A stretch of 64,000 nt of DNA from the NCBI RefSeq assembly GCF_963921235.1, contig NC_086097.1:174036001-174100000 (forward strand), given 5' to 3'. How positions within the stretch are numbered: position 1 is the stretch's first letter; every line of letters begins with the position of its first letter. This stretch comes from Mobula hypostoma. Taxonomy: Eukaryota. This document shows positions 27,277 through 38,889 of the stretch, piece by piece. Under the pieces are notes generated by a model. It was given only the letters and a program-made list of their open reading frames with translations, was not told the DNA's origin and made no database searches. Position numbers and translations under genes: made by a program.

Positions 27277-27594
27277 CAACACAAGCAAAATGCTGGAGGA
27301 ACTCAGCAGGTTTGGCAACATCTATCGTCCATTCTGTTCTCCTCTCAGATTCCTTCTTCTCCAGCCCTTTCCCTTGACACCCATCTGGCTTCACCAATCA
27401 CCTTCTAGCTTGTTCTCCTTCCCCTCACTCCACTTTTTTATTCTGATGTCTTCCCTCTTGCTTTCCAGTCCTGATGAAGGGCCTCAGCCTGAAATGTCAA
27501 CCATTTCTTCATTTCCATAGATGTTGCCTGACCTGCTGAGATCCTCCAGCATTTTGTGCGTATTGCTCTAGATTTCTAGCATCTGCAGAATCTT
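27277..27594. mobile_element. Short Penelope-like-derived element with inverted termini and a decayed hammerhead motif
   Basis: caaaatgctggaggaactcagcagg ... cctgctgagatcctccagcattttg inverted arms; cagtcCTGATGAagggcctcagcctGAAAtgTC at 27466-27498. Confidence 0.7.
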
Positions 27595-27679
27595 ATGATT
27601 ATAATATAGACTGCAGCCAGCTGGGTAGAAAAATGGGAGATTTAATCTAATGCAGAGAACTGTGTGATAATATGTTTAT

Positions 27680-30060
27680 TCAAATTTCAAAGCTCCAAGC
27701 AGATTTATTATCAAAGTCTGTACATACATGTTACCATACTTGACTCTGAGATTCATTTTCTTCAAAGTTCAAAGTTTAAACTTTCAAAGTAAATTTATTA
27801 TCAAAGTACATATATATCACCACATACAAACCCTGAGATTCATTTTCTTGCTGGCATTCTCTATAAATCCAAAATAGAATAATAACCATAATAGAATCAA
27901 CGTAACACTGCACCAACTTGGGTGTTCAACCAATGTGCAAAAGACACAAACGTTACAAATACAAAAAGCAAGAAATAATGATGATGATAATAATAAGAAT
28001 AATAAAGTAAACAATAAATATTGATGAAGAATCCTTGAAAGTGAGCCCATTGATTGTGGGAACATTTCAATGATGAAGTGAAGTTGAGTGAGGTTATCCC
28101 CTTTGACCATAAGACCACAAGACAAAGGAGAAGTCGGCCATTCGGCCCATCGAGTCTGCTCCGCCATTTTATCATGAACTGATCCATTCTCCCATTTAGT
28201 CCCATTCCCCCGCCTTTTCACCATAACCTTTGATGCCCTGGCTACTCAGATACCTATCAATCTCTGCCTTAAATACACCCAATGACTTGGCCTCCACTGC
28301 CGCCCATGGCAACAAATTCCATAGATTCACCACTCTCTGACTAAAAAAATTTCTTTGCATTTCTGTTCTGAATGGGCGCTCTTCAATCCTTAAGTCATGC
28401 CCTCTCGTACTAGACTCTCCCATCATGGGAAACAACTTTGCCACATCCACTCTGTCCATGCCTTTCAATATTCGAAATGTTTCTATGAGGTCTCCCCTCA
28501 TTCTTCCAAACTCCAAGGAATACAGTCCAAGAGCGGACAAATGTTCCTCATATGTTAACCCTCTCATTCCCAGAATCATTCTAGTGAATCTTCTCTGTAC
28601 CCTCTCCAACGTCAGCACATCCTTTCTTAAATAAGGAGACCAAAACTGCCCACAGTACTCCGTGAGGTCTCACCAGCGCCTTATAGAGCCCCAACATCAC
28701 ATCCCTGCCCCTATACTCTATTCCTCTAGAAATGAATGCCAACATTGCATTCGCCTTCTTCACCACCAACTCAACCTGGAGGTTAATGAACCTTTGGTTC
28801 AAGAGCCTAATGGTTGAGAGGCAATAACTGTTCCTGAACCTGGAGGCGAGGGTCCTGAAGCTTCTGAAGCTTCTTCCTGATGGCAGCAGCGAGAAGGTAG
28901 GACGTCCTGGATGGTGGGAGTCCCTGATGCTGGATGCTGCTTTCCTGCGACAATATTTTGTGTCGATATGCTTGATAGCGGGGAGGACTTTACCCATGAT
29001 GGACTGGGCCGTATCCACTAGTTCTTGTAGGACTTTCCATTCACGGGCATTGGTGTTTCCATACCAGGCTGTGATGCAGCCAGTCAATATACTTACATGA
29101 TTCAATTTTTTCTAAATTTTAGATGTCATGCCACATCTTTGCAAACTCCCAAGGAAGTAGAGGTGCTGCATTGCTTTCTTTGTGATGGCATTTATGTGGT
29201 GGGCCCAGGACAGGTCCTCTGAAATAATAATACCAAGGAATTTAAAGTTGCTGACCGTCCCCACTTCTGATCCTCCAATGAGGACTGCCTCATGGACGTC
29301 TGGTTTCCTCCTCCTGAAGTCAATAACCATCTCCTTGGTCTTGCTGACATTGAGTAAGAGATTGTTGTTATGGCACCACTCAGCTATTTTTTTCAATCTC
29401 TCTCCTATACGATGATTTGTCACCACCTTTGATTCAGAGTTGCGTTTAGCCACACAGTCATAAGTGTAAAGCAACTAGAGCAGGGGTCTAAGCACACAGC
29501 CTTGTGGCACACCTGTGCTGATAGAGACAGTGAAAGAGACCTTGTTGACAATCTGACCTGACAAGAGACTATCTGAGTCTGCGTGAGGAAATAAAGGATC
29601 GAGTTGGACAAGGAGGTATTGAGGCCAAGGCCTTGAAGCTGATTGATTAGTTTTGAGGGGACTGCCGAAGTGAAAGGTCAAAGATCTCAGAGAACATTCC
29701 AGCCAGTTGGTCTGCACAGATTTTTAGCACTTGGTCAGGTACCCCCCCCACCCCCACCGCCCCAGCTGGATGCTTTTCATGGGTTCACCCTCCTGAAGGA
29801 TGCTCTTATGTCAGGTCAGAGATTTAAATTACAGGATCATCGGGGGCCGTGCGAGTTCACGATGGTTCCTCCATGTTTTGATGGTCAAAGTGACCATAGA
29901 AGGCATTGAGCTCATCTGGAAGTGAAGCCCTGTTGTGAACTGTGTCACTTGATTTAACTTTATAAGAGAGTATTCAAGCCTTGCCACAACTGTTGAGCGT
30001 CCTTCGTTGATACTAGTTTAGTCTGAAATTGTCACTTCATCTGTGAGATGGCTTTTTGGA
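27680..30060 (-). mobile_element. Rex1/Babar-like LINE remnant (RT, C-terminal ITAWYGN region, 3' UTR) split by a CR1 insertion
   Basis: STGVPQGCVL, LNVSKTKEMVIDFRR, FKFLGIIISEDLSW, ILTGCITAWYGN, FSLLPSGR. Confidence 0.8.
28106..28790 (-). mobile_element. 5'-truncated CR1 inserted into the Rex1-like element
   Basis: LERVQRRFTRMILG...RMRGDLIETFRILKG; CCTTTG duplicated at 28100-28105 and 28791-28796. Confidence 0.9.
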
Positions 30061-30422
30061 TCAATAAATTTGTGGATGAAACCAAGATTGGTGGTGTAGT
30101 GGACAATGAGAAAGACTATCAAAGCTTGCAGTGGGATCTGAACCAGCTGGAAAATTGGGCTGAAAAGTGGCTGATGGAATTTAATGCAGACACATTGTGG
30201 GAGGATCAACTGGGGTAGGTCTTATACAATGAGGGGTAGTATACGGAGGAGTGCAGTAGAAAAAGGGATCTGAGAATACAGGTCCATAATTCAGTGAAAG
30301 TGGTGTCACACGAGGATAGGATTGTAAAGAAATATTTTGGCACATTGGACTTCACAGACCAAAGTACTGAGTACAGGAATTGGGATGTTATGTTGAAGTT
30401 GTATAGGATGTTGTTGAGGCTT
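30061..30422 (+). mobile_element. CR1 RT fragment
   Basis: aaatttgtggatgaaaccaagattggtggtgtagtggac...tggaatttaatgcagac homologous to other CR1 copies. Confidence 0.8.
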
Positions 30423-30807
30423 AATCCAATCCATAATTCTTTGAAAGACCTATGTCTGTCTATCTGCCTTTTTTCTTTCACTCTTTCTTTTTCTGTTCTC
30501 TTTTTCTCATTTATCTCTTCTGTTCTTTCTTTCCTGCCCTGTCTTTCCTAATGTACCTCATCTTATTCACATTTCAGATCAAATCTTTCACTTGGGTCTC
30601 TATTGTCGGCTTGGCTGAAATCCACTTAAACTGGGCTGGGGAACAAACAATTAAGGCAGTAAACTGGATTTGAAAAAAATTGTAGTGAGAGAGGTTTGTA
30701 TCAGAGTAAGTTTATTTAAAGTGATGGGGGTATCAAGCAAAATGCTGATTTAGGCAAAATCAAGGAGGCTGTGTCAGCAAGGAGCAGAGATTTTAATGGA
30801 GGTAAAA

Positions 30808-30960
30808 GAGATACTGTAATCTGGAACAAAAAAACAAACTATTGGAGGACCTCAGTGGGTCAACAAGCAACTGTTGAGGGAAAGGAATTGCTGATATTTT
30901 TGGTTGAAACCTTTCATCAGGACCAAGAGTGGGGAAAGATATCTGGCATAAAGAGGAGAG
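30808..30960 (-). mobile_element. Eroded Penelope-like short element (hammerhead relic)
   Basis: Minus strand ggtcCTGATGAaaggtttcaaccaaaaatatc at about 30892-30924. Confidence 0.5.
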
Positions 30961-31422
30961 GGAAAGTGGTGAAATCATAGAGGGGGAGTAGTGAGAGAGG
31001 GTCTCATAGAATTTCTGTCCTTGAGAGGAGGAAAGCTTCTTGAAAGTGAGCATACCTTGAGGATACTTTGCAGTGGAGTAGTAAACTGGAGACATACAGT
31101 AAGGAACTATAGATGCTGGAATCTGGAGCTAAAACCAAACAACTGAAAGAACCCAGTGATTTGAGCCTAGAGTTTAATAATAGTAATGGGGCATAAAACG
31201 TCTTAGCAGGTTCATTCTACCTCCAAAATCCTTTGAACCATCTATAGCAGAGTAGAAGCAGCCACTATGCCCCGACCTTTCAGCAGATTCAGTTGGTTAT
31301 GAACTTCTAGGTAATTAACGAAATTATATCAAATGTGATGTGCTAACACAATGGTTAAATTCTGGTTCAGCAGCCAGAGAGTCATGAAAATAAAATCATA
31401 TTGGGGAAGTTGGAGAATTTAA

Positions 31423-31787
31423 CATAGAAGCATACAAAAACCTAGGAATCTACAGCAAATTACAGGCCCTTCGGCCCACAGCGTTGTGCTGACTATATAA
31501 CCTACTCAAGAAACTGCCCAGAATTTCCCTACCGCATAGCCCTCTATTCTTCTAAGCTCCATGTATTCTAAGCTAAATGTCTCTTAAAAGAACCTATTGT
31601 TTCCGCCTCCACCACCACTGCTGGCAGCCCATTCCACGCACTCACCTCTCTCTGTGTAAAAAACTTACTCCTGACATCTCCTCTGTAACTATATCCAACC
31701 ACCTTAAAACTATACCCCCTCATATTAGCCATTTCAGCCCTGGGAAAAAGCTTCTGGCTATCCACATGATCAATGCCTCTCATCATA
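31423..31787 (-). mobile_element. CR1 3' fragment inserted into an old SINE-like sequence
   Basis: MRGIDHVDSQKLFPRAEM...KFFTQREVSAWNGLP; flanks 31370-31420 and 31790-31910 resemble 59800-60180. Confidence 0.85.
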
Positions 31788-32174
31788 AATAAAAATAATT
31801 AAATAAATCTGGAATTAAAACAAAGGGAAGCATAAAGCTACTGAATGGTTTTATTTTTAAATCTCCTAGTTCACTGATGTCCCTAGGGAAGAAAAGCTAA
31901 CATCCTTCGAACCTAAAAAAGAGAAGCAACATTGTCCAGTAGTCTCTCACACCTACTCCCCACAGCTCAAACACCATCTGTAAATAGGCCAATGACACTA
32001 ATGTTGGCGGAATCTCAAACAGTGATGAAGAAGCATAAAGAGCGAAATAGATCAGCTGGTTGAGTGGTTATTTTTGCCCTCATTGTCTGCAAGACCAAGA
32101 ATTGATTATGGAAGAATACACAACAGTCCATATTCAGGGGTCAGCAGAAGGTAGCTTCAAATTTGCTGCATGTC

Positions 32175-32400
32175 AGCAAGTCAGGCAGCATCTATGGAGG
32201 GGAATAAGCAGTCAGCATTTCAGGCCAATACTCTTGATCAGGACTGAAAAGGAAGGGTTCCTTCATTTCCAGACCTGGTGAAGGGTCTCGGCTTGAAAGG
32301 TCAACAGTTTTTTCCCCACTATAGATGCGACCTGACTTGCTGAGTTCCTCCAGCATTTTCTGTGTGTTGCTCAAGATTTCCAGCATCTGCAGATTCTCTT
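32175..32400. mobile_element. Palindromic Penelope-like short element with two inverted hammerhead relics
   Basis: cagcaagtcaggcagcatctat ... atagatgcgacctgacttgctg arms; relics at about 32209-32246 (-) and 32270-32307 (+). Confidence 0.7.
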
Positions 32401-32534
32401 GTGTCTCAGGGGATCTATTTGGGCCCAACACATTGATGCGTTCATGAAGGAGGCATGGGAGCAGCTCTACTTCATTGGGAGTTTGAGGAGATTTAGTATT
32501 TCACCAAAAGCGCTCGTAAATTTCAACATATAAT

Positions 32535-34470
32535 AAATCTAGTTAAGAAAAGAAAAGCTTACAAAAGGTTCAGAGAGCTAGGTAATGTTAGAGATCTAGA
32601 AGATTATAAGGCTAACAGGAAGGAGCTTAAAAAGGAAATTAGGAGAGCCAGAAGGGGCCATGAGAAGGCCTTGGCGGGCAGGATTAAGGAAAACCTCAAG
32701 GCATTCTACAAGTATGTGAAGAGCAAGAGGATAAGATGTGAAAGAATAGGACCTATCAAGTGTGACAGTGGAAAAGTGTGTATGGAACTGGAGGAAATAG
32801 CAGAGGTACTTAATGAGTACTTTACTTTTGTGTTCACTATGGAAAAGGATCTTGGTGATTGTAGTGCTGACTTGCAGCAGACTGAAAAACTTGAGCATGC
32901 AGATATTAAGAAAGAGGATGTGCTGGAACTTTTGGAAAGCATCAAGTTGGATAAGTTGCCAGGACCTGATGAGATGTACCCCAGGCTACTGTGGGAGGCG
33001 AGGGAGGAGATTGCTGAGCCTCTGGCGATGATCTTTGAATCATCAGTGGGGCTGGGAGAGTTTCCGGAGGATTGGAGGGTTGTGGATATATTGTTCCTTT
33101 ATTCAAGAAAGGGTGCAGAGGTAGCCCAAGAAATTATAGACCAGTGAGTCTTACTTCACTGGTTGGTAAGTTGATGGAGAAGATTCTGAGATGCAGGATT
33201 TATGAACATTTGGAGAGGTTTAATATGATTAGGAATAGTCAGCATGGCTTTGACAAGGGCAGGTCATGCCTTAGAAGCCTGATTGAATTTTTTGAGGATG
33301 TGACTAAACACATTGATGAAGGAAGAGCACTAGATGTAGTGTATTTGGATTTCAGCAAGGCATTTGATAAGGTACCCCATGCCAGGCTTATTGAGAAAGT
33401 AAGGAGGCATGGGATCCAGAACTGGCTCGCCCACAGAAGGCATAGAGTGGCTGTAGACGGGTCATATTCTGCATGGAGGTCAGTCACCAGTGGTGAGCCT
33501 CAGGGATCTTTTCTAGGACCCTTACTCTTCATGATTTTTATAAATGACCTGGATGAGGAAGTGGAGTGATGGGTTAGTAAGTTTGCTGATGACACAAAGG
33601 TTGGAGGTGTTGTGGATAGTGTGGAGGGCTGTCAGAGGTTACAGCGAGACATTGATAGGATGCAAAACTGGGCTGAGAAGTGGCGTTCAACCCAAATAAG
33701 TGTGAGGTGGTTCATTTTGGTAGGTCAAATATGATGACAAAATATAGTATTAATGGTAAGACTTTTAGCAGTATGGAGGATCAGAGGGATCTTGGGGTCC
33801 AAGTCCATAGTAGGCTCAAAGCAACTGTGCAGGTTGACCCTGTGGTTAAGAAGGCATATGGCGTATTGGCCTTCATTAATCATGGAATTGTATTTAGGAG
33901 CCAAGAGGTAATGTTGCAGCTATATAGTACCCTGGTCAGACCCCACTTGGAGTACTGTGCTCAGTTCTGGTCGCCTCACTACAGGAAGGATGTGGAAGCC
34001 ATTGAAAGGGTGCAGAGGAGATTTACAAGGATGTTGCCTGGATTGGGGAGCATGCCTTATGAAAACAGGTTGAGTGAACTCAGCTTTTTCTCCTTGGAGC
34101 GACGGAGGATGAGAGGCGATCTGATAGAGGTGTATAAGATGATGAGAGGCATTGATCGTGTGGATAGCCAGAGGCTTTTTCCCAGGGCTGAAATGGTTGC
34201 CACAAGAGGACACAGGTTTAAGGTGCTGGGGAGTAGGTACAGAGGAGATGTCAGGGGTAAGTTTTTTACACAGAGAGTGGTGAATGCCGGCAACGGTGGT
34301 GGAGGCAGATACGATAGGGTCTTTTAAGAGACTTTTGGATAGGTACATGGAGCTTAGTAAAATAGAGGGCTATGGGTAAGCCTAGTAATTTCTAAGGTAG
34401 GGACATGTTTGGCACAACTTTGTGGGCCACAGGGCCTGTATTGTGCTGTAGGTTTTCTATGTTTCTATAT
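32535..34470 (+). mobile_element. 5'-truncated CR1 LINE (RT domain to 3' tail)
   Basis: [53 protein letters not shown]; tail ttctatgtttctat. Confidence 0.93.
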
Positions 34471-34916
34471 GTACTGTGGAGGACATTCTGACTGGTTGCA
34501 TTATACCCTGTATGCTCCAATCTGCAGAACTGAAAGAGGCTGCAGAGGATTGTAGACTCAGCCAGGCCTATCATGGACATAACCCTCCCCATCATCGAGG
34601 TCATCCTCAAGAAGCGGTGACTCAAGACGGTGGCATCCATCATTAAGTACATTCACTCTCTGGGGCATGCCTTCTTCTCATCTACTACCAACAGGGAGAA
34701 GGTACAGGAGCATAAAGACCCACATTCAATGTTTTATTAACAGCTACTTTCTCTCCATCTTCTGAATGATTCATAAACCCAATGCCCCATCCCACTATAC
34801 CTCTTCCATACTGCTTGTTTATTTAATTATTATTGTAACTTACAGTAATTTTTATTTCTTACACTATACCCCTGCCACAAAACAACAGATTTTACAATAT
34901 ATGTCAGTGATAATAA

Positions 34917-35045
34917 ACACGAGATTCTGCAGATGCTGGAAATCCAGAGTAAAACACACAAAATGCCAGAGAAACTCAACAGGTCTAATAGCATCAATGG
35001 AAAGGAACAGAGTCGATGATTTGGGCTGAGACTCCTCGTCAGTCC
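34917..35045 (-). mobile_element. Penelope-like short element arm with hammerhead relic
   Basis: agattctgcagatgctggaaatccag...agtcgatgatttgggctgagactcctcgtcag. Confidence 0.6.
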
Positions 35046-35134
35046 TAATCAGTCTGGCATGAAAACTACCTGGTCTCTGTGGCTCTGGGTTCCCAACACA
35101 AAGGCCATTTGTGACAGAGAGCAATGATATTAAA

Positions 35135-37450
35135 AAATGTTGTTTGGATATGCTGTTCCTCTGAGGCCAAGGTGCAAAGCACAGTATCAACAGCACACAG
35201 CACACAGCACATATAACTATGAAAGCAGGAAAACATACAGTCACAAATAAAGTATAGTCCAAGTCCCTGAGCAGGTTGATGGTGTTGTCCTGGCCCAGTT
35301 TGTCTCCCATCGAGTGAACACCAATGGGGGTGGGGGGCAAGCTATCAATGTAGTATGGATTTCAGCATGCCCACAGAGGCCTCTGCTCTCTCTCCCACAC
35401 TGCCTCCATAGTTTACACTCCCGGGTGGCAGAAGGGCCTGCTCCACACAACATCTGAGACAGTGCTGCTCCTGGCAGGAGGGCCTGGTCCACACAACATC
35501 TGAGACAGTGCTGCTCCTGGCAGGAGGGCCTGGTCCACACAACATCTGAGACAGTGCTGCTCCTGGCAGGAGGGCCTGGTCCACACAACATCTGAGACAG
35601 TGCTGCTCCTGGCAGGAGGGCCTGGTCCACACAACATCTGAGACAGTGCTGCTCCTGGCAGGAGGGCCTGGTCCACACAACATCTGAGACAGTGCTGCTC
35701 CTGGCAGGAGGGCCTGGTCCACACAACATCTGAGACAGTGCTGCTCCTGGCAGGAGGGCCTGGTCCACACAACATCTGAGACAGTGCTGCTCCTGGCAGG
35801 AGGGCCTGGTCCACACAACATCTGAGACAGTGCTGCTCCTGGCAGGAGGGCCTGGTCCACACAACATCTGAGACAGTGCTGCTCCTGGCAGGAGGGCCTG
35901 GTCCACACAACATCTGAGACAGTGCTGCTCCTGGCAGGAGGTCCTGGTCCACACAACATCTGAGACAGTGCTGCTCCTGGCAGGAGGTCCTGGTCCACAC
36001 AACATCTGAGACAGTGCTGCTCCTGGCAGGAGGGCCTGGTCCACACAACATCTGAGACAGTGCTGCTCCTGGCAGGAGGTCCTGGTCCACACAACATCTG
36101 AGACAGTGCTGCTCCTGGCAGGAGGGCCTGGTCCACACAACATCTGAGACAGTGCTGCTCCTGGCAGGAGGGCCTGGTCCACACAACATCTGAGACAGTG
36201 CTGCTCCTGGCAGGAGGTCCTGGTCCACACAACATCTGAGACAGTGCTGCTCCTGGCAGGAGGTCCTGGTCCACACAACATCTGAGACAGTGCTGCTCCT
36301 GGCAGGAGGGCCTGGTCCACACAACATCTGAGACAGTGCTGCTCCTGGCAGGAGGGCCTGGTCCACACAACATCTGAGACAGTGCTGCTCCTGGCAGGAG
36401 GTCCTGGTCCACACAACATCTGAGACAGTGCTGCTCCTGGCAGGAGGGCCTGGTCCACACAACATCTGAGACAGTGCTGCTCCTGGCAGGAGGGCCTGGT
36501 CCACACAACATCTGAGACAGTGCTGCTCCTGGCAGGAGGGCCTGGTCCACACAACATCTGAGACAGTGCTGCTCCTGGCAGGAGGGCCTGGTCCACACAA
36601 CATCTGAGACAGTGCTGCTCCTGGCAGGAGGGCCTGGTCCACACAACATCTGAGACAGTGCTGCTCCTGGCAGGAGGGCCTGGTCCACACAACATCTGAG
36701 ACAGTGCTGCTCCTGGCAGGAGGGCCTGGTCCACACAACATCTGAGACAGTGCTGCTCCTGGCAGGAGGTCCTGGTCCACACAACATCTGAGACAGTGCT
36801 GCTCCTGGCAGGAGGGCCTGGTCCACACAACATCTGAGACAGTGCTGCTCCTGGCAGGAGGGCCTGGTCCACACAACATCTGAGACAGTGCTGCTCCTGG
36901 CAGGAGGGCCTGGTCCACACAACATCTGAGACAGTGCTGCTCCTGGCAGGAGGGCCTGGTCCACACAACATCTGAGACAGTGCTGCTCCTGGCAGGAGGG
37001 CCTGGTCCACACAACATCTGAGACAGTGCTGCTCCTGGCAGGAGGGCCTGGTCCACACAACATCTGAGACAGTGCTGCTCCTGGCAGGAGGTCCTGGTCC
37101 ACACAACATCTGAGACAGTGCTGCTCTTCTGCCACCAGTCTCGCCAGTGAATCAGTGAACCAGATTTGCAGGATCTATTTCATCAATGTCAAACAGGGTC
37201 TTGCGATCGCAACAAAAACATCCAAGATAATCATTTACAGCATTTGTTGGACCACGTACTGCCTTCACACAACAGTATGCAACAGATCCAGGTGACAACA
37301 TGGTACTTAGTTCCATTGCTATCAAACAGCTCACTGATGGGGACCTGCAGTACCTGATGTTCTTAATATTCAGCAGTGTCTTGCAATCATAAGTAAAGAC
37401 GTTGAGGGGAAAACAATTGCATCTTTGTTTCGACTCTGAGAGGCCACTGT
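35135..37450 (-). mobile_element. Probable internally deleted Rex1-like element hosting the minisatellite
   Basis: Flank translations YDCKTLLNI / CDRKTLFDI and GVHSMGDKL resemble the region at the start of the endonuclease of Rex1-like LINEs, joined to a 3' UTR-like tract. Confidence 0.45.
35426..37127. repeat. Minisatellite, 37 copies of a 46-bp unit (tggcaggagg[g/t]cctggtccacacaacatctgagacagtgctgctcc)
   Basis: Period measured directly (35442 to 35488); 46-aa periodicity in the ORF track; one G/T variant position. Confidence 0.98.
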
Positions 37451-37489
37451 GATTGTGTGCACTGCCACTTTATCTTACAGGAACCAAGA

Positions 37490-38410
37490 TTATCAGAAAC
37501 AAGCTTACTATCACTGACATACATTATGAAATTAGTTGTTTTGCAGCAGCAGTACAGTAATACAGAGACATTGCTATAAGTAACAAGAATTTTTTAAAAA
37601 GTGCAAAAGAGTAAAATAAACAGCTACACAGACATGGGTGTAGAGAGCGTAGAGCAACAGCCTATGAGATCCTTGAGATGTGCCTGTGTTGATTACCAGC
37701 GAGAAGTAGATGGTATTTCCGATGCGTATTGACTGTATTTCCGATGAGGAAGTCAAGGATCCAGTTGCTGAGGGAAGTATGGAGGCCCAGGTTTTGAAGC
37801 TTTAATTAGTAGTGAGAGGACGATGATATTGAAAGCTGAACTGTAACTGATAAACAGCAGCTTTATGCATGCATTGCTGCTGTCTAGGTGCTGCAAAGAT
37901 GAGTAGGGAACCAGTGAGATTGCATATACGGTAGACCTGTTGTGGAGTAGGCAAAATGCAGCTAGTCCAGATCCTTGCTCAGGCTGAAGTTAAGTCTGGC
38001 CATGACCAATCTCTCAAAGCACTTCGTCATAGGGGGTATGAGTGCTTCTGGGCAATAGTCGTTGAGGCAGCTCACTCTACACTTCTTGGGCACTGGTATG
38101 ATTGATGCCCTTTTGAAGCAGATGGGAACATCTGACTGCATCAGGGAAAGATTGAAGTTATCCTTCAACACTCCAGCCAGTTGGTCCACACAGATTTTCA
38201 GTACCCTGCCTGGTACACTATTGGGGCCTGATGCCTTCTCCCTCTTGAAGGATGTTCTGACATCAGTCTCTGAGACAAAGATCACAGGGGCATTAGCAGC
38301 TACAGGGATTTGAAAAGGTGCAGTTTTATTCTCCCTTTGAAAGCATAAAAGGCAATCAGCTCGTGGGGGGTGGGGAGGGGTGGGGTGTGAAGCATCACCA
38401 CCATTTATGC
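37490..38410 (-). mobile_element. Rex1-like LINE remnant
   Basis: KASGPNSVPGRVLKICVDQLAGV...IIPVPKK...LNDYCP...KCFERLV. Confidence 0.8.
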
Positions 38411-38889
38411 TGTCAGGTTTCGCCTTACGGGAAGTGAAGGTATGCAAACCCTATCATATGGATTCTGAAAGTTATTCAGAACTGATTTTGCTGAACCTGG
38501 AATTTGGAAACAGTTGACCCTACTGTCAGTTGCTAATCCCCCATTTTGAATTAGTACACCCTTTTGCATTGCCCTGGGGTATTTGACCCTCTTGTCCGTT
38601 TTGTAAAGACCTAAAATAGTGTTTCTTTTTGGCAGATATCCACAGTCAGCTTTTGCAATGTCTTCTGCCACTTTGAGGGTTATGTTAGTTATTATTAGTG
38701 GTGTTTGCATAACTCTTGCTTGTTTTGAATTACTCACAGATCTATGATGTTATTTTTGCACTAAATATTTTGAATTATTTCCAAAATCTCAATTAAGTAA
38801 TATAAATAACACAACAATAGCACAAATTTGTGCTAAAATTTTGATGATTAGTGAGTTTAGATACTGTAATTTTGGATTAAGGAGCGTGG

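Larger units (their letters stand above)
31975..34915 (+). mobile_element. Eroded Rex1-like LINE interrupted by a Penelope-like element (about 32175-32400) and a CR1 (about 32535-34470)
   Basis: Collinear pieces 31975-32165, 32405-32530 and 34472-34915 (gtactgtggaggacattctgactggttgcatt ... gtcagtgataataaac). Confidence 0.65.

Noticed and set aside
35426..37127. CRISPR-like array
   Set aside because: Units are head-to-tail with no unique spacers, there are no cas genes, and the context is eukaryotic; it is a minisatellite.
35241..37135. Three 560-620 aa ORFs as a real gene
   Set aside because: Fully explained by a stop-free 46-bp repeat; no splice, promoter or homology support.
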